Origin: Arenibacter sp.
GTDB lineage: Bacteria; Bacteroidota; Bacteroidia; Flavobacteriales; Flavobacteriaceae
Direction: 5' to 3'
NCBI GenBank assembly: GCA_040216555.1
Contig: JAVJOW010000010.1
Span: 32,943-96,942 of the forward strand
Length of the DNA: 64,000 nt
The stretch's first letter is position 1; every line of letters begins with the position of its first letter. The notes beneath the pieces are model-generated. The model saw nothing but the letters and a program-made list of their open reading frames with translations, did no database searches and had not been told where the DNA came from. The translations under genes were made by a program, and so were the position numbers. This document shows positions 8,771-19,247 of this stretch, piece after piece.

Positions 8771-9439
8771 CTAGCTCCGTATTCTTTTGATAAGGGCCAA
8801 TGTATCCCTGACCGATTTTTCCAGGCCACTGTAATCCCTGTTTTCTACTACCGTTTTGCTAATTAGGTTGGAACCCATTCCTACACAGGTAACCCCTGCA
8901 TTGAACCATCCTTTTAAATTGGATTCCTCCAGGGTGACACCGCCTGTTGGCATAACACTGGTCCACGGTTGTGGTCCTTTAATGGCTTTAACAAAGTCTG
9001 GTCCGAAATTGGCGCCAGGGAATAATTTTATAATTTCGCAGCCCAATTCTTCAGCTTTGTTTATTTCTGTCAGGGAGCCACATCCTGGACTCCATAATAC
9101 TTTTCTTCTATTACAGACCATGGCAATATCTTCGCGCAAGGAGGGAGTTACAATGAAATTGGCACCCATTTGCATATAAAGGGAAGCTGCTGCAGCATCG
9201 GTTACCGATCCTACACCTACCGCCATTTCCGGCAATTCCTTAATGACGAATTTATTTAGTTCGGCGAAGACTTCATGGGCGAAATCCCCACGTGCCGTAA
9301 ATTCAATTAATCGCGCACCACCATTGTAGCATGCTTTTAAAATTTTCTTTCCCAATTCCACATCCGGATGATAGAACAAGGGCACGAGTCCCGTTTCTTT
9401 CATCAGTGCAGCTACTTCAATTCTCGAAAACTGTGACAT
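8771..9439 (-). CDS. eda: KDPG / 4-hydroxy-2-oxoglutarate aldolase
   Basis: IEFTAR, GVGSV, PGC-S-TE, IKLFPG and MPTGGV motifs; next to kdgK. Confidence 0.9.
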   Translation of the reverse strand: MSQFSRIEVAALMKETGLVPLFYHPDVELGKKILKACYNGGARLIEFTARGDFAHEVFAELNKFVIKELPEMAVGVGSVTDAAAASLYMQMGANFIVTPSLREDIAMVCNRRKVLWSPGCGSLTEINKAEELGCEIIKLFPGANFGPDFVKAIKGPQPWTSVMPTGGVTLEESNLKGWFNAGVTCVGMGSNLISKTVVENRDYSGLEKSVRDTLALIKRIRS

Positions 9440-9453
9440 AAGGTTTATTTATT

Positions 9454-10476
9454 TTACCTACTTACTTTTCCAGAGGAATTTCCTCCTGCCAATTGCTCAA
9501 TTTCTTCAAGGGTGGCCAAGTTGAAATCGCCTGTAATCGTATGCTTGATACAGCAGGCAGCCGCAGCAAAATCGATTGTTTGTTGATTATCTATTTTATC
9601 TTGTAAGAGCCCATATATCAAGCCCCCCATAAAGGCATCCCCACTTCCTACCCGGTCAACTACAGGGGTTACCTCCCTGATTTTTGCATAGTGTATTTTT
9701 TTTCCGTCATATAAAATTCCGCCTATTTTTTGATGCGAAGCATTCACGGAATAACGCAAGGTTGTAGCCACATAACTTAAGTCCGGTGAGCCTTTGTAAA
9801 GTAGGTCGTACAGTTCCGGTAAGGAGTCCATATCCTGATAGTCCGGGTCCTGCGGTTCTTGCCCTGTCATAAAAAAAGCCGTGTCCAAATCCCCTAAAAT
9901 AACATTGCTGTACTTTAAGAGTTCGGGCATAATATCTTTTGGCTCTTTCCCGTATTTCCATAATTTGGAACGATAATTCAAATCCGATGAAATGGTAACA
10001 CCCATTTTATGGGCAGCCTTAACCGCCTCTAGGCATACAGCCGCAGCCTTGCTTGAAATTGCTGGGGTAACTCCGCTCCAGTGAAACCAATCTGCATGCT
10101 TAAATACTGCTTTCCAATCTATGGAGTTCGGTTCTATTTCTGCAATGGAACTGTTGGCCCTATCATAGACTACCTTGCTTCCCCGTGTTCCCGCGCCTGT
10201 TTCCAAAAAATAAATGCCGAGACGGTCTCCTCCAAACTGTATATTATTGGTGCCCACATTGTGCTTTCTAATTTCCTGTAGGGCACATTGGCCTATGTCG
10301 TTTTTCGGCAAACACGTAACGAATTCGGCATCAAACCCATAATTGGCTAGGGATACCGCTACGTTAAACTCTCCGCCCCCATAGGTGGCGTTGAAATTGG
10401 TGGCCTGTGAAAACCGAAGGTGTCTTTCGGTAGACAGTCTTAGGAGGATCTCCCCGAAAGTGATGACTTTCTTCAT
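9454..10476 (-). CDS. kdgK: 2-keto-3-deoxygluconate kinase (PfkB family)
   Basis: FGEILLRL, GGGEFNVA, DLNYRSKLW and DRVGSGDAFMGG PfkB signature. Confidence 0.88.
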   Translation of the reverse strand: MKKVITFGEILLRLSTERHLRFSQATNFNATYGGGEFNVAVSLANYGFDAEFVTCLPKNDIGQCALQEIRKHNVGTNNIQFGGDRLGIYFLETGAGTRGSKVVYDRANSSIAEIEPNSIDWKAVFKHADWFHWSGVTPAISSKAAAVCLEAVKAAHKMGVTISSDLNYRSKLWKYGKEPKDIMPELLKYSNVILGDLDTAFFMTGQEPQDPDYQDMDSLPELYDLLYKGSPDLSYVATTLRYSVNASHQKIGGILYDGKKIHYAKIREVTPVVDRVGSGDAFMGGLIYGLLQDKIDNQQTIDFAAAACCIKHTITGDFNLATLEEIEQLAGGNSSGKVSR

Positions 10477-10750
10477 ACCAAATTTTTTGATTTCTCGATA
10501 AATGTACCAAAGTAAAACGAAAACCCGAAATGAAAATACATTTAGACATTTATAACTATTATCTTATTTTTTGTTTAAGGAATAATCTTGAATGTTAAAT
10601 AAAAGTATAAACAGCGGGTATGTTAAATAAAAATGTATCAATTTGCGGATTTTCAACCAATTTGGAATACAGATTGATAACCATAATATTTCTAGGATAT
10701 GGCCTTATACAAAAATAGGTGGTCCTAAATCAAACAATATAATAGAACAA

Positions 10751-11482
10751 ATGAAAACATTATTTTTAATTTTTTGCTGCCTATTTATTTTTGAAGGCTG
10801 TGCCTCCCAGTCCTCTCCTGAACTTATCAATTCCGAAATGGAGGTCGTTACCTCCGAAACCTTGAGGTATTACCTATATTACCCAGGGAATTATGAGGTA
10901 AATCCAGAGGAAAAGTTCCCCCTATTGCTCTTTTTACATGGCGGGGGAGAATCCGGGGGGAATTTAAAATCTGTAAAGCGAAATGGCCCCCCAAAACTTA
11001 TTTCAGGGGGCAAGAAATTTCCTTTTCTAATCTTGGCCCCACAGAATCCCCAAGAAAAAATGTGGTGGAACACCAGGGCAGTTAATCAACTCTTGGATAG
11101 TATTATTGCTACCAATAAAGTGGACGAAAATAGAATATACCTTACCGGCCTCAGTAGGGGAGGTGGTGCAGCCTGGGAAATGGCCGTACAATATCCCGAT
11201 AAATTTGCAGCCTTGGCCGTGGTTTGTGGTATGACTCCAGTGCCCTATGCTTCCTGGATCAATAAAAATATGCCGATCCGTGTTTATCATGGTGATCAGG
11301 ATAAGTCGATCCCCATAACTGAATCTATTGAAATGGTTGCCAAATTAAAGGAAATGGGATACCATGTGGATTTTACGATTTACAAGGGTGTAGGTCATAA
11401 CGCATGGGACAAGGCCTATGAAAACAATGAGCTTTACGATTGGTTTTTAATGCAAAAAAAGCAGGGTCCTGTAGAAAATTAA
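10751..11482 (+). CDS. Lipoprotein alpha/beta hydrolase (phospholipase/carboxylesterase-like)
   Basis: Start Met 10751 with lipobox IFEGC (track start 10643); LFLHGGGE, TGLSRGG nucleophile, HGDQD and GVGHNAW. Confidence 0.8.
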   Translation: MKTLFLIFCCLFIFEGCASQSSPELINSEMEVVTSETLRYYLYYPGNYEVNPEEKFPLLLFLHGGGESGGNLKSVKRNGPPKLISGGKKFPFLILAPQNPQEKMWWNTRAVNQLLDSIIATNKVDENRIYLTGLSRGGGAAWEMAVQYPDKFAALAVVCGMTPVPYASWINKNMPIRVYHGDQDKSIPITESIEMVAKLKEMGYHVDFTIYKGVGHNAWDKAYENNELYDWFLMQKKQGPVEN

Positions 11483-11569
11483 CAATTTTATGGGTACAGA
11501 ACTTTATTTTATTCTACTGTAATTGAAATGATTTGTTGTATTTTTCAAAACTGAACAATATTCGCATTT

Positions 11570-13681
11570 ATGACACGAAATATGTGCCTTAGGCTTTCTT
11601 TTTGTAATCTATTTTTATTGTTGATAATGATCTTATTTTCTTGTTCCGATATAAAAGGTCAGAAAAACGACCATAAATACACCAATGACCTTATTCATGA
11701 AACTAGTCCGTATTTGTTACAACATGCCCATAACCCGGTAAATTGGAGACCGTGGAGTACAAGTGCTTTGGAAGAAGCCAAAAAGGAGGACAAGTTGGTA
11801 TTGGTAAGTGTTGGTTATTCATCCTGTCATTGGTGCCATGTAATGGAAGAGGAGACCTTTGAAGATGAGGAAGTGGCCAAATTGATGAATGAAAACTTTA
11901 TAAGTATTAAAGTAGATAGGGAGGAGAGACCAGATGTAGATCATGTGTATATGACTGCCTTACAGCTAATTAATGGCAATGGAGGCTGGCCTTTGAACGT
12001 GATTACCCTGCCAAATGGAAAACCCATTTATGGGGGTACCTACCATACCAAGGAACAATGGAGCAAAGTTTTGGCCGAAGTTAGCAAGCTTTATAAGAAC
12101 GACCCCAAAAAAGCCAACGAGTATGCCGATATGGTGGCCCAAGGCATACAGGAAGTAAATATAATACAGCCGGTCTCAGATTTGGGGATGTTGAATCCAG
12201 AGGTCCTAAAAAATAGCGTTGAAAAATGGAAGGATAACTGGGACTTAAAATGGGGCGGAAATAAAGGGTCACAGAAATTTATGATTCCCATTAATCTTGA
12301 TTTTCTGTTGGATTATGCCGTCTTAACGGAGGATAAGGATGCTATGGATTTTGTTAAAACCACTTTGGACAGAATTGCTTGGGGAGGCGTTTATGATCAT
12401 ATAGCCGGCGGATTTTATAGGTATAGTACCGATGCGCAATGGAAGGTGCCGCATTTTGAAAAAATGCTATATGACAATGCGCAATTATTAAGTCTTTATT
12501 CCAAGGCCTATAAGTTGTTTAATGAACCTATGTACAAAAAGGTAGTGGAAGAGACTATTGCTTTTTTGGATAGGGAAATGAAAAATCCGGATGGTGGCTA
12601 TTATGCGGCCATTGATGCCGATAGTGAAGGCGAGGAGGGTAAATATTACGTTTGGAAAGAAGAGGAATTAAAGTCGGTTTTGGGATCTGATTATGACTTA
12701 TTTGCCAAATATTACAATATAAAGCGTTCCAATATTTGGGAAAACGATTCCTATGTTCTTTTTAGGACCTCAGGTGATGAGGAATTCATTAAGGAAAATG
12801 ATATAGCTGCAGAAGATTGGGACGGTGTACAGGAAAGATGGCAAAACAAAATTTTAACTGCTAGGAATAAAAGAATTAGGCCAAATACCGATGATAAGAT
12901 CATTACCTCTTGGAATGCCTTGTTGATCAATGGCTTTGTAGATGCCTATAATGTTTTTAACGAATCTTCTTATTTGGAAAAAGCCGAGGACGTCTTTATT
13001 TTTATTAAAAAAAATAGTCTGAATAAAGATCAGTTGATTCATACTTATAAAAAGGGAAGTAAAAAAAGTGATGGTTTTCTAGAGGATTATTCCTTTTTGG
13101 CCAATGCCTCTTTAAAATTGTATAGTACCACTATGACAGATTCCTATTTGGACTTTGCCAAAGAAATGAATCAAATAGCAAGGGACAAATTTGCGGATGA
13201 AAATTCTGGGATGTACAGTTTTAACTCCGATGACGAATTAATTGCGCAAATAATTAAAACCGATGATGGGGTATTGCCTTCGCCCAATGCGGTTATGGCG
13301 GAAAATCTGTTTCTATTGGGACATATAGATTATGATAAGGAAGCTACGTTAAAAGCAAGGTCCATGCTTTCCTCCATGATTTCGGTATTGGAGGAAAACG
13401 CCTATAATTATTCCAAATGGAATTCCCTTCTGTTGAAAACGGCATATCCCTTTTATGAAATTGCAGTTGTAGGTAATGATGCCAAGCAATTATTGGCTGA
13501 ATTACAGCAACAAAATCTGCCCAACACCTTAATTGTTGGTAGTAATAAAGAAAGTGAAATGCCTTTGTTTAAAGGGCGTTATGCGGATGATGGGACTTAT
13601 ATTTATGTTTGCCAGGATCATACCTGTAAGCTTCCGGTAGCTACGGCTAAGGAAGCTTTGGAGCAATTGAAGAATTTTTAG
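11570..13681 (+). CDS. YyaL/SSP411 family thioredoxin-domain protein with (alpha/alpha)6 barrel
   Basis: [39 protein letters not shown] and [12 protein letters not shown]. Confidence 0.92.
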   Translation: MTRNMCLRLSFCNLFLLLIMILFSCSDIKGQKNDHKYTNDLIHETSPYLLQHAHNPVNWRPWSTSALEEAKKEDKLVLVSVGYSSCHWCHVMEEETFEDEEVAKLMNENFISIKVDREERPDVDHVYMTALQLINGNGGWPLNVITLPNGKPIYGGTYHTKEQWSKVLAEVSKLYKNDPKKANEYADMVAQGIQEVNIIQPVSDLGMLNPEVLKNSVEKWKDNWDLKWGGNKGSQKFMIPINLDFLLDYAVLTEDKDAMDFVKTTLDRIAWGGVYDHIAGGFYRYSTDAQWKVPHFEKMLYDNAQLLSLYSKAYKLFNEPMYKKVVEETIAFLDREMKNPDGGYYAAIDADSEGEEGKYYVWKEEELKSVLGSDYDLFAKYYNIKRSNIWENDSYVLFRTSGDEEFIKENDIAAEDWDGVQERWQNKILTARNKRIRPNTDDKIITSWNALLINGFVDAYNVFNESSYLEKAEDVFIFIKKNSLNKDQLIHTYKKGSKKSDGFLEDYSFLANASLKLYSTTMTDSYLDFAKEMNQIARDKFADENSGMYSFNSDDELIAQIIKTDDGVLPSPNAVMAENLFLLGHIDYDKEATLKARSMLSSMISVLEENAYNYSKWNSLLLKTAYPFYEIAVVGNDAKQLLAELQQQNLPNTLIVGSNKESEMPLFKGRYADDGTYIYVCQDHTCKLPVATAKEALEQLKNF

Positions 13682-13804
13682 GAATAGGGAACTCTTATTA
13701 TACGAACGTACTTAAGGTAACTGTTCTGTAGATTGATTTGGACTCCATATTTATTACCAAATGTCCCCACTAATAATAATTTATCATTTATCCATGGTTT
13801 TGTG

Positions 13805-13899
13805 TCAAATTACATGAATTTGAAGGTTGTTTGGATAAAAAATTTTAATTTAATATCGATTTAAACTTATATTGAGCTTCAAAATTAATTCTTTATAGT
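13805..13899 (+). repeat. Conserved 95-bp upstream region, copy 1 (duplicated before the second GMC gene)
   Basis: Aligns without gaps to 17428-17522; 43 of the first 47 nt are identical. Confidence 0.85.
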
Positions 13900-15618
13900 A
13901 TGCAGATAAAAGAAACATCAACTATTTATGATGTCATCATAGTTGGATCCGGTGCCGGTGGTGGTATGGCCACAAAAGTGTTGTCCGAGGCGGGACTAAA
14001 AGTGGCCGTAGTGGAAGCGGGTCCGTTTTTTGATCCCAAAAATCCAGAACAGATTACACAATTGAAATGGCCGTATGAATCACCACGTAGAGGTGCAAGT
14101 ACCACAAGGGCGTTTGGGGAATATGATGCTGCATATGGCGGTTGGGAAATTGAAGGAGAACCTTATACCCAAAAAAATGGTTCAAGATTTAATTGGTTTA
14201 GGTCACGTATGTTGGGCGGTAGAACAAATCACTGGGGACGTATCTCCTTGCGTTTCAGTCAGCGCGATTTTAAGCACAAGGATATTGATGGGCTTGGGGA
14301 AAACTGGCCTATTGGCTATGAAGATGTAAAACCGTACTATGATAAGGTAGACAAGTTAATTGGTGTTTTTGGGTCTAAAGAAGGTATGGAAAACGAACCG
14401 GACGGGTTTTTCCTTCCTGCGCCAAAGCCGAGATTGCACGAACTGTATTATATAGATGGAGCCAGGAAATCCAATATTCCCGTCATTCCTTCAAGAATGT
14501 CCATGGTCACAAAAAAAATAAATGAGGATCGCGGGGTTTGTTTTTATTGCGGACAATGTAGTAGGTCATGCCAGATATATGCAGATTTCTCATCGGGAAG
14601 TTGTTTGATATTCCCTGCTCAGAAGAATGGTGGCCAAATAGACCTTTTTGTGAACGCCATGGTACGCGAGGTAACTACCAATGAGGAAGGAAAGGCTACC
14701 GGAGTACTTTATGTCAATAAGGAAGATCGTAAGGAATATGGATTAAAGGGGAAAATTGTAGTACTGGCCGCATCGGCCTGTAGTACCGCAAGAATCCTGT
14801 TAAATTCCAAAAGTAAGCAACATCCGGCCGGACTGGGCAACAGTAGCGGTGTGGTAGGGAAGTACCTTCACGATTCCACCGGGGGCGGAATGACCGGATT
14901 TGTCCCTGAACTGATGAATAGAAAAACATACAACGAAGATGGTGTAGGAGGGATGCATGTCTATACCCCTTGGTGGTTGGATAATAAGAAGCTCGATTTT
15001 GCCAGAGGTTATCATATTGAAATATGGGGAGGAATGGGGATGCCAAGCTACGGTTTTGGATTTAACCCTAATGCCATGAATGAGTTCTTTGGTGAAAAAG
15101 TTGGGGGCTACGGCAATGTCCTTAGGGAGGATGTAAAGAAATATTACGGAGCAATGATCGGTTTTGCCGGCCGTGGCGAATCTATAGCTTTGGAAAGTAA
15201 CTATTGTGAAATTGACCCGGGAAAGGTTGATGAATTTGGTATTCCAGTATTGCGCTTTAACTACCAGTGGTCCGATCACGAACGTCTACAGGCCAAGCAT
15301 ATGCAAGAAACATTTGCAGAAATAATCCACAATATGGGCGGACAGGTCATTGGTAAGCCGGCAGGAAAAGATAGCGATTATGGTTTGCTTAACCCTGGTG
15401 AAATTATCCATGAGGTAGGTACCACAAGGATGGGGGACAATCCTAGAACTTCTGTGGTCAATAAATGGGAACAAATGCACGATGTGGACAATGTTTTTAT
15501 TGTTGATGCGGGACCCTTTGTTTCCCAAGCGGATAAGAACCCTACATGGACCATCTTGGCCTTGGCCTGGAGAACGTCAGATTATATAATTGAGCAATTG
15601 AAAAAACAAAATATCTAG
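13900..15618 (+). CDS. GMC-family FAD oxidoreductase, glycoside-3-dehydrogenase-like catalytic subunit (copy 1)
   Basis: IVGSGAGGG FAD motif, LGGRTNHWG, CFYCGQCSRSC Fe-S motif, IHEVGTTRMG and KNPTWTILALAWR. Confidence 0.88.
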   Translation: MQIKETSTIYDVIIVGSGAGGGMATKVLSEAGLKVAVVEAGPFFDPKNPEQITQLKWPYESPRRGASTTRAFGEYDAAYGGWEIEGEPYTQKNGSRFNWFRSRMLGGRTNHWGRISLRFSQRDFKHKDIDGLGENWPIGYEDVKPYYDKVDKLIGVFGSKEGMENEPDGFFLPAPKPRLHELYYIDGARKSNIPVIPSRMSMVTKKINEDRGVCFYCGQCSRSCQIYADFSSGSCLIFPAQKNGGQIDLFVNAMVREVTTNEEGKATGVLYVNKEDRKEYGLKGKIVVLAASACSTARILLNSKSKQHPAGLGNSSGVVGKYLHDSTGGGMTGFVPELMNRKTYNEDGVGGMHVYTPWWLDNKKLDFARGYHIEIWGGMGMPSYGFGFNPNAMNEFFGEKVGGYGNVLREDVKKYYGAMIGFAGRGESIALESNYCEIDPGKVDEFGIPVLRFNYQWSDHERLQAKHMQETFAEIIHNMGGQVIGKPAGKDSDYGLLNPGEIIHEVGTTRMGDNPRTSVVNKWEQMHDVDNVFIVDAGPFVSQADKNPTWTILALAWRTSDYIIEQLKKQNI

Positions 15619-15622
15619 TATT

Positions 15623-16330
15623 ATGGATAGAAGAAAAAGTATAAAGTCCATTATTCTTGGAGGTGTAGCAGGCGGATTGGCAATAAATGGATGTAAGCCG
15701 GGAACAGAAGGAGAGGCCGGAGCTGCAGAGGCCCTGGTACAGGAAGAAAAGCATTTCGGGAGAACCCCGGAGGAAAAAGAGTTGCTGAAAAAACTTTACG
15801 CAGAACAGTTTTTTAATGAACATGAAATGGCCACTTTGGGGGTATTATGCGCTTTAATTTTACCTGCCAACGGAACCAATGGTAGCGCTACCGATGCCGG
15901 AGTGCCCGATTTTATTGAATTTATGGCCAAGGATATCCCTGCTTATCAAACTCCGTTGCAAGGCGGTCTAATGTGGTTGGATCACAAGAGCAATAAAGAT
16001 TATGGGGTGGAATTTAAATCCGCCACCGAGGCGCAGCAAAAGGAGATTTTGGATGCCATTGCCTTTCCGGACAAGGAAAATCCAACGTACGAGCAACAAT
16101 TCTTTTCCCAGGTTCGCAATTTAACCGTAACAGGATATTATACCTCCAAAGAAGGTATTGAAGATTTGGGGTATAAAGGTAATTCCCCCAACGTTTGGGA
16201 CGGCGTACCGGAAGATGTATTGGCCAAACATGGGAAATCCTATGATCCCGAATGGATTGCCAAATGTGTGGACCAAAGTAAGCGAAACGATATGGCAGAA
16301 TGGGATGACGAAGGTAATTTGTTGACCTAG
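15623..16330 (+). CDS. Gluconate-2-dehydrogenase subunit 3 family (Tat) partner subunit (copy 1)
   Basis: MDRRKS twin-arginine N-terminus; A.VPDFIEF, GGLMWLD and LTVTGYYTS; 4 nt after the GMC stop. Confidence 0.85.
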   Translation: MDRRKSIKSIILGGVAGGLAINGCKPGTEGEAGAAEALVQEEKHFGRTPEEKELLKKLYAEQFFNEHEMATLGVLCALILPANGTNGSATDAGVPDFIEFMAKDIPAYQTPLQGGLMWLDHKSNKDYGVEFKSATEAQQKEILDAIAFPDKENPTYEQQFFSQVRNLTVTGYYTSKEGIEDLGYKGNSPNVWDGVPEDVLAKHGKSYDPEWIAKCVDQSKRNDMAEWDDEGNLLT

Positions 16331-16373
16331 AGGGTATTAAGCTGTTCAAGGAATAAATGTAATTCTATACACC

Positions 16374-17207
16374 ATGAAAAAATTACAACTACTATGTCTA
16401 TTTTTAATGGCCATAGTTTTTTTTGGAACTACAAATGTTACGGCCCAAGAGGTGGGATTACAATTGTACAGTCTTAGAAATCAGTTTAAGGAAGATATTC
16501 CCAGTACCTTAAAATTGATAAACGACTGGGGTATTACCGTTCTGGAAGGTGGGGATAGCTACGGGATGCCCGAGGAGGAGTTTAAGGGGCTGCTTGCCAA
16601 AAATAACTTAAAGGTGGTCAGCATTGGTGCCGGGTTCAACGATTTGGCCAATGCGCCGGAGGAGGTTGTAAAAAAGGCAAAAAGTTATGGTGCCAACTAT
16701 GTGATGTGCGCCTGGATCCCTCACGATGGCAATAATTTTGATATTTCGGATACCCAAAAGGCTGTGGAAGTATTTAACAAGGCCGGAAAGATTTTAAGGG
16801 ATAATGGATTAAAATTGGCGTATCACGCCCATGGTTTTGAATTTAGGCCCTATAAGGACGGGACCCTATTTGATTATATGGCGCAGAATGCCAAATATTT
16901 CGATTTTGAAATGGATGTTTATTGGGTGCATCATGGAGGTGAGGATCCCTTGAAATTGCTTAAAAAGTATCCTTCCAAATTCATTTTATTGCATTTAAAG
17001 GATATGGAAAAAGGTACTAAAAAAGATAATACCGGCCATGCCGATGTTGAAACCAATGTGGTTTTGGGAACCGGGGAAGTAGATATAGCCGGTGTTGTTG
17101 CCGAAGCTAAGAAGTTGGGCATAAAGTATATGTTTATAGAGGACGAGTGTTCCAGGGTTGTGGAACAGGTACCGAAGAGTTTAAAGTATTTGGAAGGAAT
17201 AAAATAA
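16374..17207 (+). CDS. Secreted sugar phosphate isomerase/epimerase (AP_endonuc_2 TIM barrel)
   Basis: Signal peptide; VGLQLYSLR, YHAHGFEF, FEMDVYW, LHLKDM and FIEDE. Confidence 0.85.
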   Translation: MKKLQLLCLFLMAIVFFGTTNVTAQEVGLQLYSLRNQFKEDIPSTLKLINDWGITVLEGGDSYGMPEEEFKGLLAKNNLKVVSIGAGFNDLANAPEEVVKKAKSYGANYVMCAWIPHDGNNFDISDTQKAVEVFNKAGKILRDNGLKLAYHAHGFEFRPYKDGTLFDYMAQNAKYFDFEMDVYWVHHGGEDPLKLLKKYPSKFILLHLKDMEKGTKKDNTGHADVETNVVLGTGEVDIAGVVAEAKKLGIKYMFIEDECSRVVEQVPKSLKYLEGIK

Positions 17208-17235
17208 TCTCGATTCCATTTATTGAAATTGAGTT

Positions 17236-17263
17236 AAAAAGGACTCCTGTTGGAGGCCTTTTT
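17236..17263 (+). terminator. Intrinsic terminator after the TIM-barrel gene
   Basis: aaaaaggactcc-tgtt-ggaggccttttt imperfect stem followed by a T tract. Confidence 0.7.
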
Positions 17264-17427
17264 GTTTAATGGCCATTTGGAAGCAGATGGCTGGGAATAA
17301 CAATCGATAGTTATGATATTTTTATTCCTTGGGGTGCTAAACAAAGGAATTGGGCTGTAATACTAAATGACACCTACAAGGATTTGTCCCTTCTAATGAC
17401 ATATTATCAATTATTGATGGTTTTATA

Positions 17428-17522
17428 TCAAAATACATGAATTTTCAGGTTGTTTGGATAAAAAATTCTAATTTGATTAGGTTTTAAATATATATTGAAG
17501 TTCATAATTAATTCATTCCAAA
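17428..17522 (+). repeat. Conserved 95-bp upstream region, copy 2
   Basis: Aligns without gaps to 13805-13899 up to the ATG. Confidence 0.85.
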
Positions 17523-19244
17523 ATGCAGATAAAAGAATCCTCAGAAATTTATGATGTAATAATCGTCGGTTCGGGTGCAGGTGGCGGTATGGCTACAAAG
17601 CAGTTGGCCGATGCCGGCCTTAATGTTGCGGTTGTAGAGGCTGGGCCATTTTTTGACCCGGCAGACCCAAAAACAATGAACCAGTTAAAATGGAATTACG
17701 AATCGCCTAGAAGGGGAAGGGGTACCACCCGGGCATTTGGGGAATTTGATGCTGCTTACGGCGGTTGGGAGATTGAAGGGGAACCTTATACCCGTGAGCC
17801 TGGTACCGAATTCGATTGGTTCCGATCACATATGTTGGGGGGGCGTACCAACCACTGGGGAAGGATTTCCCTGCGTTTTGGGCCAAAAGATTTTAAGGGG
17901 AAGACCAGGGACGGGCATGGTGAGGACTGGCCTATAGGTTATGAGGATGTAAAACCTTATTACGACAAGGTCGATAAACTAATTGGGGTATTCGGCACCA
18001 ATGAAGGCTTGGAAAACGATCCGGATGGTTTTTTTCTTCCTCCTCCAAAACCTAGATTACATGAGGTTTTCTATATAAATGGTGCCAAAAAGGCGGGAAT
18101 ACCTACTATTCCAGGGAGACTTTCCATGCTGACCAAAAGAATTAATACAGAACGTGGTGTTTGTTTTTACTGTGGGCAATGTTCCCGTTCCTGTTCCATT
18201 TATGCCGATTTCTCCTCGGGAAGTTGTCTAATATTTCCAGCTCAAAAAAACGGCGGCCGAATAAAATTGTTCGTCAATTGTGTTGTGCGGGAAGTAACCA
18301 CGAATGAAGAGGGCAAGGCCACAGGCGTGTCATACATCAGTAAGGATGATAGAAAAGAGTACAAATTGAGGGGCAAGGTTGTGGTTTTGGCGGCTTCTGC
18401 CTGCAGTTCTGCCCGTATTCTATTGAATTCGAAAAGTAAACAACATCCTAACGGATTGGGAAATAGCAGTGACCTTGTTGGTAAATATTTGCACGATTCT
18501 ACCGGTGCAAGTAGAGCCGCATTTGTTCCTGCATTGATGAATAGAAAAGTATCCTATAATGAAGACGGGGTGGGTAGTAACCATGTGTATTCTCCTTGGT
18601 GGGGGGATAACTCCAAGTTGGATTTCCCAAGGGGGTATCATATTGAAGTAGGCGGCGGTATGAGGATGCCGGGCTATGGTTTTAGTTTTAACCCGAATGA
18701 GTTCAATAAGTTTTTTGGGCTTAAAGTAGGGGGTTATGGAGATAGCTTACGGGATGATGTAAAAAAATATTATGGATCTGTATTAGGGGTTGCCGGAAGG
18801 GGCGAAGGTATTGCCCGCAAGGATAATTACTGTGAAATAGACCCTACCACAGTGGATCAATTTGGTATTCCAGTATTGAAGTTTAATTACAAATGGTCCG
18901 ATTTTGAAAAAAACCAGGCCAAACATATGCAGGACACCTTCGAGGAGATTTTCCACAATTTAGGGGCAGAACCTTTAGGCGAAAAGCCGGGTAAGGACCG
19001 CGATTATGGGCTGGAAGCTCCCGGGCGTATTATCCATGAAGTAGGAACCACCAGAATGGGCAATGATCCCAAAACATCCGTCACTAATAAATTCAATCAA
19101 TTGCACGATGTGGACAATGTCTTTATAGTTGATGCAGGACCCTTTACCTCCCAAGCGGACAAGAACTGTACTTGGACCATTTTGGCATTATCTTGGCGCG
19201 CCAGTGACTATATTATTGAACAATTAAAACAGCAAAATATCTAG
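17523..19244 (+). CDS. GMC-family FAD oxidoreductase, glycoside-3-dehydrogenase-like catalytic subunit (copy 2)
   Basis: Close paralogue of 13900-15618 with the same motifs. Confidence 0.88.
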   Translation: MQIKESSEIYDVIIVGSGAGGGMATKQLADAGLNVAVVEAGPFFDPADPKTMNQLKWNYESPRRGRGTTRAFGEFDAAYGGWEIEGEPYTREPGTEFDWFRSHMLGGRTNHWGRISLRFGPKDFKGKTRDGHGEDWPIGYEDVKPYYDKVDKLIGVFGTNEGLENDPDGFFLPPPKPRLHEVFYINGAKKAGIPTIPGRLSMLTKRINTERGVCFYCGQCSRSCSIYADFSSGSCLIFPAQKNGGRIKLFVNCVVREVTTNEEGKATGVSYISKDDRKEYKLRGKVVVLAASACSSARILLNSKSKQHPNGLGNSSDLVGKYLHDSTGASRAAFVPALMNRKVSYNEDGVGSNHVYSPWWGDNSKLDFPRGYHIEVGGGMRMPGYGFSFNPNEFNKFFGLKVGGYGDSLRDDVKKYYGSVLGVAGRGEGIARKDNYCEIDPTTVDQFGIPVLKFNYKWSDFEKNQAKHMQDTFEEIFHNLGAEPLGEKPGKDRDYGLEAPGRIIHEVGTTRMGNDPKTSVTNKFNQLHDVDNVFIVDAGPFTSQADKNCTWTILALSWRASDYIIEQLKQQNI

Positions 19245-19247
19245 ACC

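Noticed and set aside
17406-17418. ATCAA-TTA-TTGAT palindrome before GMC copy 2
   Set aside because: The half-sites are inverted relative to an FNR box, the spacer is 3 nt, and it is absent before copy 1.
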